From NCBI RefSeq assembly GCF_006345805.1, contig NC_043026.1, forward strand, positions 11,222,001-11,286,000: a stretch of 64,000 nucleotides of DNA, read 5' to 3'. The stretch comes from Octopus sinensis. Taxonomy: Eukaryota. This document shows positions 59,096 to 64,000 of this stretch, in pieces. The notes under the pieces were generated by a model. It had not been told where the DNA came from. It worked only from the letters and a program-made list of their open reading frames with translations, and did no database searches. The position numbers and the translations under genes were made by a program. The stretch's first letter is position 1. Every line of letters begins with the position of its first letter.

Positions 59096-59679
59096 TAAAT
59101 AGTTGCACATTTATCCTTGTTTCTTGTGCGTCTTTGGTTCCCCCCAAACCACCGTGTTAAAGGAATCAGTGACGAACGATTGATAGAACACATGGGGATA
59201 CTGGTTTCATTCGAAAACACCAAGTTTTCACCCCATAACTCACTTTTTAAGTATCTTCTTTGTCTTATAATGTTCTTTTTGTTGTGATTTCATGGTAACC
59301 CTATAGAATAGGGGTCGGTGAACTAGGATAAATTATCCCAAGTGGGGTACAAATGAAATTCTTGTGGGTAATGAGGACTCGTTAGATATAAGTAAAATAC
59401 AGGGCAGAGAAGATGATGGCCAGAGATTGGATAGGGTAAAAGGGTGAATGTGGTGAATGGAGGAGAGGTGATCGATGATGAAAATGAGTCACATGGAAGG
59501 TGGAGAAGAGGTGGGGAGTGTATTTGATGACTAGAGATTGTTCCATTATTTTTTAAGTATCCTCTTTGTCTTATAATATTTCTTTTTTGCTGTGATTTCA
59601 GATCATCAGGTGATACTGGCATCAAAGAATATTCGTTCACCTGATACATCAGCAGCCTTTATCATCATTAAATGATGGG

Positions 59680-60438
59680 CATGGTCATTGAAACTCTGAC
59701 GTCTGGGGGCTGACTTGGCAGACACCCATAAAATTATCAACCATCTTACGAACAATAACTCTGAGCACCTTTTCAAACTCCACCCGTGGACATATTTACA
59801 AAGTCAGAAAGCAGCACAGCTCCCATAACTTTAGGAAACATTTTTTCACGCTGAGAGTTGCTGAAGCATGGAACAAACTGCCGGCATCAGTTGTTAGTTA
59901 TCGGAGCACTGCATCCTTCAAAACTTCCATGCTTTCTGAGATTCGCCAACACTACACCTGATTTCCTCCCCTCCATACACACACAAGCATGTATCTGACT
60001 CATACACGGTTCACTTCCCAGACATTCGTACATTACTGCATATGCAGACACCCATGAAATTATTAATCATCTTATTAACAATAACTCTGAGCACCTTTTC
60101 AAACTCCACCCGTCTAACACCCGTGGACATGTTTACAAAGTCAGAAAACAGCACAGCTCCCATGACTTTCAGAAACATATTTTTACGCTAAAAGTTGCTG
60201 AAGCATGGAACAGACTGCTGGCATCAGTTGTTAGTTATCGGAGCACTGCATCCTTCAAAACTTCCATGCTTCCTGAGATTCGCCAACACTACACCTGCAT
60301 GTATCTGACTCATACACTGTTCACTTCTCAGACATTTGTACATTACTGCATACACTTTACACGCACTTCCTGACAAGTTGTGGTGCACCTGAGCACTGTA
60401 TACAATAATTTCATTATTATTATTATTATTATTATTTT
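59680..60438 (+). mobile_element. CR1-clade LINE 3' end, dimeric, between the ZNF-4 acceptor and ATG
   Basis: Same sequence and same internal junction as 22411-23195; absent from the ZNF-3 arm. Confidence 0.85.
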
Positions 60439-60644
60439 TAAGATGCTATACACAAAACACTGTTCGGGGATAAATCGCTACAGTTCTCTACATCACTTTT
60501 TGAAATGTTTACATGGTGGCCAGATGATATTATCTTCTTATTAAACATGGATAACAAATGAGTTTGCAGAATCTCCAGATAGCAGTTATTCAACGAACAC
60601 AGTTATTCAATAGAGGGATAAATTATTGTGAGAGCAGCATAATT

Positions 60645-61496
60645 ATGGAAAATAAATTGTGTGAGGATAAAGTTGAATCTAAAACACAATCTAAAACGAT
60701 TGATTCTCCAAAAGATATAAAGAAACAAGCAGGTAAAACATCATACCTGTGTGATGTCTGTAAGAAGATATTTTCTCAAAAAAGTAGCCTTATTAGACAC
60801 AAACGCATTCATACAGGAGACACACCATATCGCTGTGACATCTGTGATAAATCATACACTCAGAAGCAAGCCTTAACTACTCACAAATATATTCATACTG
60901 GTGAGAAGCCTTATCATTGCAACACTTGTGGTAAATCATTCTGTCAACCTGACCGCTTAACTGCACACAAACGTATTCATACAGGAGAGAAGCCATATCA
61001 TTGTGATATTTGTGGTAAATCATTCTCTAGACAAAGTGATTTAACTAAACACAATCGCATTCATACAGGAGAAAAGCTGTATCATTGTAACATCTGTGGT
61101 AATTCATTCTCTCAGAGACATGTCTTAGTCACTCACAAGTATATTCATACAGGTGAGAAGCCATATCACTGTGATATCTGTGGTAACTCATTCTCCCGAA
61201 GTCATCGCTTGACGGAACACATACGTACTCATACAGGTGAGAAACCATATCACTGTGTTACCTGTGGTAAATCATTCTCACAAAATGGTGACTTGACCAA
61301 ACACAATCGTGTTCATACAGGAGAAAAACCATATCGTTGTGATATCTGTGGTGAATCATTCACTCGGAAAGAAAGTTTAACTACGCACAACCGTATTCAT
61401 ACGGGAGAAAAGCCGTATCGGTGCGATTTCTGTGGTAAATCATTCTCTTATAAAGTTACCTTGAATAGACACAAATGTTTCCATACAGAAAAGTGA
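60645..61496 (+). CDS. C2H2 zinc-finger protein ZNF-4 (283 aa, 9 fingers), inverted paralogue of ZNF-3
   Basis: Same 852-nt length and [11 protein letters not shown] start as ZNF-3. The upstream ATG at 60558 in the ORF track is not conserved in the paralogue. Confidence 0.95.
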   Translation: MENKLCEDKVESKTQSKTIDSPKDIKKQAGKTSYLCDVCKKIFSQKSSLIRHKRIHTGDTPYRCDICDKSYTQKQALTTHKYIHTGEKPYHCNTCGKSFCQPDRLTAHKRIHTGEKPYHCDICGKSFSRQSDLTKHNRIHTGEKLYHCNICGNSFSQRHVLVTHKYIHTGEKPYHCDICGNSFSRSHRLTEHIRTHTGEKPYHCVTCGKSFSQNGDLTKHNRVHTGEKPYRCDICGESFTRKESLTTHNRIHTGEKPYRCDFCGKSFSYKVTLNRHKCFHTEK

Positions 61497-61618
61497 CTAT
61501 CAATGTCAAAATATTTTTTCTATCAAATAAAGTTCTCCATGTTTGTCATTCAAATTGCTTCATTTTTTTCTCTTTGGTAGCAATATCAGGAATGCAGATA
61601 TTGAATTGTGTCCTATGA

Positions 61619-61851
61619 TGGCGGCGAGCTGGCAGAATCGTTAGCACGCCGGGCGAAACGTGTAGCCGTATTTCATCTGCCGTTACGTTCTGAGTTCAAA
61701 TTCCGCCGAGGTCGACTTTGCCTTTCATCCTTTCGGGGTCGATAAATTAAGTACCAGTTATGCACTGGGGTCGATATAATCGACTTATTCCATTTGTCTG
61801 TCCTTGTTTGTCTCCTCTGTGTTTAGCCCCTTGTGGGTAGTAAAGAAATAA
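61619..61851 (+). mobile_element. Full-length SINE-A downstream of ZNF-4
   Basis: Complete head and tail; absent from the orthologous position downstream of ZNF-3 (about 35050). Confidence 0.9.
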
Positions 61852-62299
61852 GAGTAAACCTCCAAATGTTACAAACAATTTTTCTCTGTTTTGTGTTTTT
61901 TTTTCTCATTTATGTCAGTGTACTTGGCAGAAAATTCTGTTGAATGGATTAGCAGCTCAGTATGTTAGTGAGAAAAGCTTTAATGTAAAAAGACAGCATT
62001 GGTTGGGCTAGGGCTATGGAAAATGATGCTTACCCAAAGTGCCATACAGTGGTACTGAACCTGAAAACATTTGGTTGAGAAACAAGCTTCTAAACCACAC
62101 AGTCATGTTTGGGCCTGTAATTTGATACTTATTCTGATAGTTCTTTTGAGGAACTGTGAGGTTATGGGGATATAATGCCATTATAAACAGTAAATACAGT
62201 ATGACTCAGTGGGTAAGAAGATCACATTGTAACCCCAAGGTGCCAGGTTCATTCCCATTCTGCAGTATTTTGGTGAAACATTTTCTGAACCTGTAAAGT

Positions 62300-62580
62300 A
62301 TAATAGCCATCTCAATATGGCTAACCACTAAGGGTGGGTGTTACTGTAGCTTTTAGCCCCAGGAGATCATCGTCTCCAGCTGGCTTTAGGCACACTTTCT
62401 GTGCCCTCATGGTATTTGCAAAGGGAGGCCATCCCTCTCTTGTAAACCTAAGTGATACGCATGGACCGCAGTTTCGAGGTTGTTGCCTCTTGTCAACGGG
62501 CAGTAATCACCGGTTTACGATGAAAGGGAAAGCCTGTATGCTTTCTGAACCTCTGGTCAGATATTACTTTGAGTGAAATT
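62300..62580. repeat. Unclassified interspersed repeat (partial copy at 38125-38235)
   Basis: Shared TAGCCATCTCAATATGGCTAACCACTAAGGGTGGGTG...GGCACACTTTCTGTGCCC. Confidence 0.6.
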
Positions 62581-62665
62581 AGATAGATGGAAACTGTACT
62601 GAAGCTTGTCAGATGGATTGTGCCTGTAATTAAATAAGTGCAGTCTTCTCACGCACAGTGTCACA

Positions 62666-63078
62666 CTCTTTTACTTGTTTCAGTCATTTGACTGTGGCCA
62701 TGCTGGAGCACCGCCTTTTAGTTGAGCAAATCGACCCCGGGACTTATTCTTTGTAAGCCCAGTACTTATTCTATCGGTCTCTTTTGCCGATCCGCTAAGT
62801 GATGGGGACGTAAACACACCAGCATCGGTGGTCAAACAATGCTAGGGGAACAAACACACACACACAAACATACACACACACACATACATATACATATATA
62901 TACATATACATATCTACAACAGGCTTCTTTCAGTTTCCGTCTACCAAATCCACTCACAAGGCATTGGTCGGCCCGAGGCTATAGCAGAAGACACTTGCCA
63001 AGGTGCCACGCAGTGGGACTGAACCCAGAACCATGTGGTTGGTTAGCAAGCTACTTACCACACAGCCACTCCTGTGCC
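62666..63078 (-). mobile_element. SINE-B
   Basis: Full family consensus by eye. Confidence 0.85.
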
Positions 63079-63283
63079 TTACTTATCATCATCATTTTAA
63101 CATCTACTTTTCTATGTTTCCATGGGTTAGATAGAATTCACTGAGACGTTTTCTAAAGCTTGATGCCCCTCTGCTTATCAACTCCTGCCTGTTTCCAAAT
63201 AAGGCAATATTTCCCATCACTTGCATGATGGTGACCCTCACCTACAACTATCACAGAATGTCAGGACAAGTAAACACTATCTA

Positions 63284-63916
63284 TCCGCTCAGTCGAAGTC
63301 GACTCTCGGTCACTTGTTGGATCAGTGTCCTCCAGTCAGTTCTATCCTGGGCCGCTTCTTCAGATTGGCTATGTCCATTCCGGTATCACTCTTGATGGTG
63401 TCAAGCCAGCGGGTTCTTCGTCGGCTTCTTCCTCTCTTGCCACTGACCATTCTGTATATATAATATATATATAATATATATATATATATATTATATATAT
63501 ATATATTATATATATATATATATCCGCTCAGTCGAAGTCAACTCTCGGTCACTCGTTGGATCAGTGTCCTCCAGTCAGTTCTATCCTGGGCCACTTCTTT
63601 CAGATTGGCTATGTCCATTCCGGTATCACTCTTGATGGTGTCAAGCCAGCGGGTTCTTGGTCGGCCTCTTCCTCTCTTGCCACTGACCATTCCGTAATAT
63701 AATATATATATTATATATATATATATTCCGCTCAGTCGAAGTCGACTCTCGGTCACTTGTTGGATCAGTGTCCTCCAGTCAGTTCTATCCTGGGCCGCTT
63801 CTTTCAGATTGGCTATGTCCATTCCGGTATCACTCTTGATGGTGTCAAGCCAGCGGGTTCTTCGTCGGCTTCTTCCTCTCTTGCCACTGACCATTCTGTA
63901 TATATAATATAATATA

Positions 63917-63969
<53 letters not shown>

Positions 63970-64000
63970 CTCAGTCGAAGTCAACTCTCGGTCACTCGTT
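63284..64000 (-). mobile_element. Tandem 173-174-bp RTE-BovB-like 3' ends separated by (TA)n (3 full plus 1 partial; runs off the window)
   Basis: GKRGRGRPRTRWLDTIK..TGM....LKE..QDR..WR.LI..VTESRLRLSG resembles the BovB ORF C-terminus. Confidence 0.85.

Noticed and set aside
57336-59223. Long repeat ORFs (583, 576, 594, 541 and 332 aa) as protein genes
   Set aside because: They arise from a stop-free 63-bp unit open on both strands inside a retroposon; no frame is favoured and there is no recognisable domain.
60558-60644. N-terminal extensions of ZNF-4 (ATG 60558) and ZNF-2 (ATG 25662)
   Set aside because: Not conserved among paralogues; the shared AATTATGGAA context and MExxxC leader mark the downstream ATGs.

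Overview
AT-rich eukaryotic DNA, most likely cephalopod (Octopus-like). This is inferred from clustered single-CDS-exon C2H2 zinc-finger genes set among tRNA-headed SINEs and (TA)n/(CA)n microsatellites. There are no prokaryotic features. Protein-coding content is four paralogous C2H2-ZNF genes (12799+, 25569-, 36031-, 60645+) and one uninterrupted 1804-aa ORF (45329-50743+) that appears to carry six tandem beta-propeller units. Two of the ZNF genes lie in the arms of an old, TE-riddled inverted duplication (about 34.2-40.4 kb vs 53.4-62.2 kb) that brackets the propeller gene. The rest is mobile DNA: three retroposon families (here called SINE-A, SINE-B and family C), CR1, RTE-BovB-like, HERO-like and Penelope-like fragments, Helitrons, and hAT-, piggyBac- and Merlin-like MITEs. 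There are three best leads. (1) An ORF1-only retroelement with a 19-bp TSD sits inside a SINE-A head and shares SINE-A's 3' tail, and SINE-A multimers have fixed junctions in that same head, which suggests a self-targeting SINE/LINE system. (2) The six-propeller protein. (3) Several snapshots of ZNF birth, truncation and specificity change. Most short ORFs in the supplied track are repeat artefacts. All alignments were done by eye; no database search was run.
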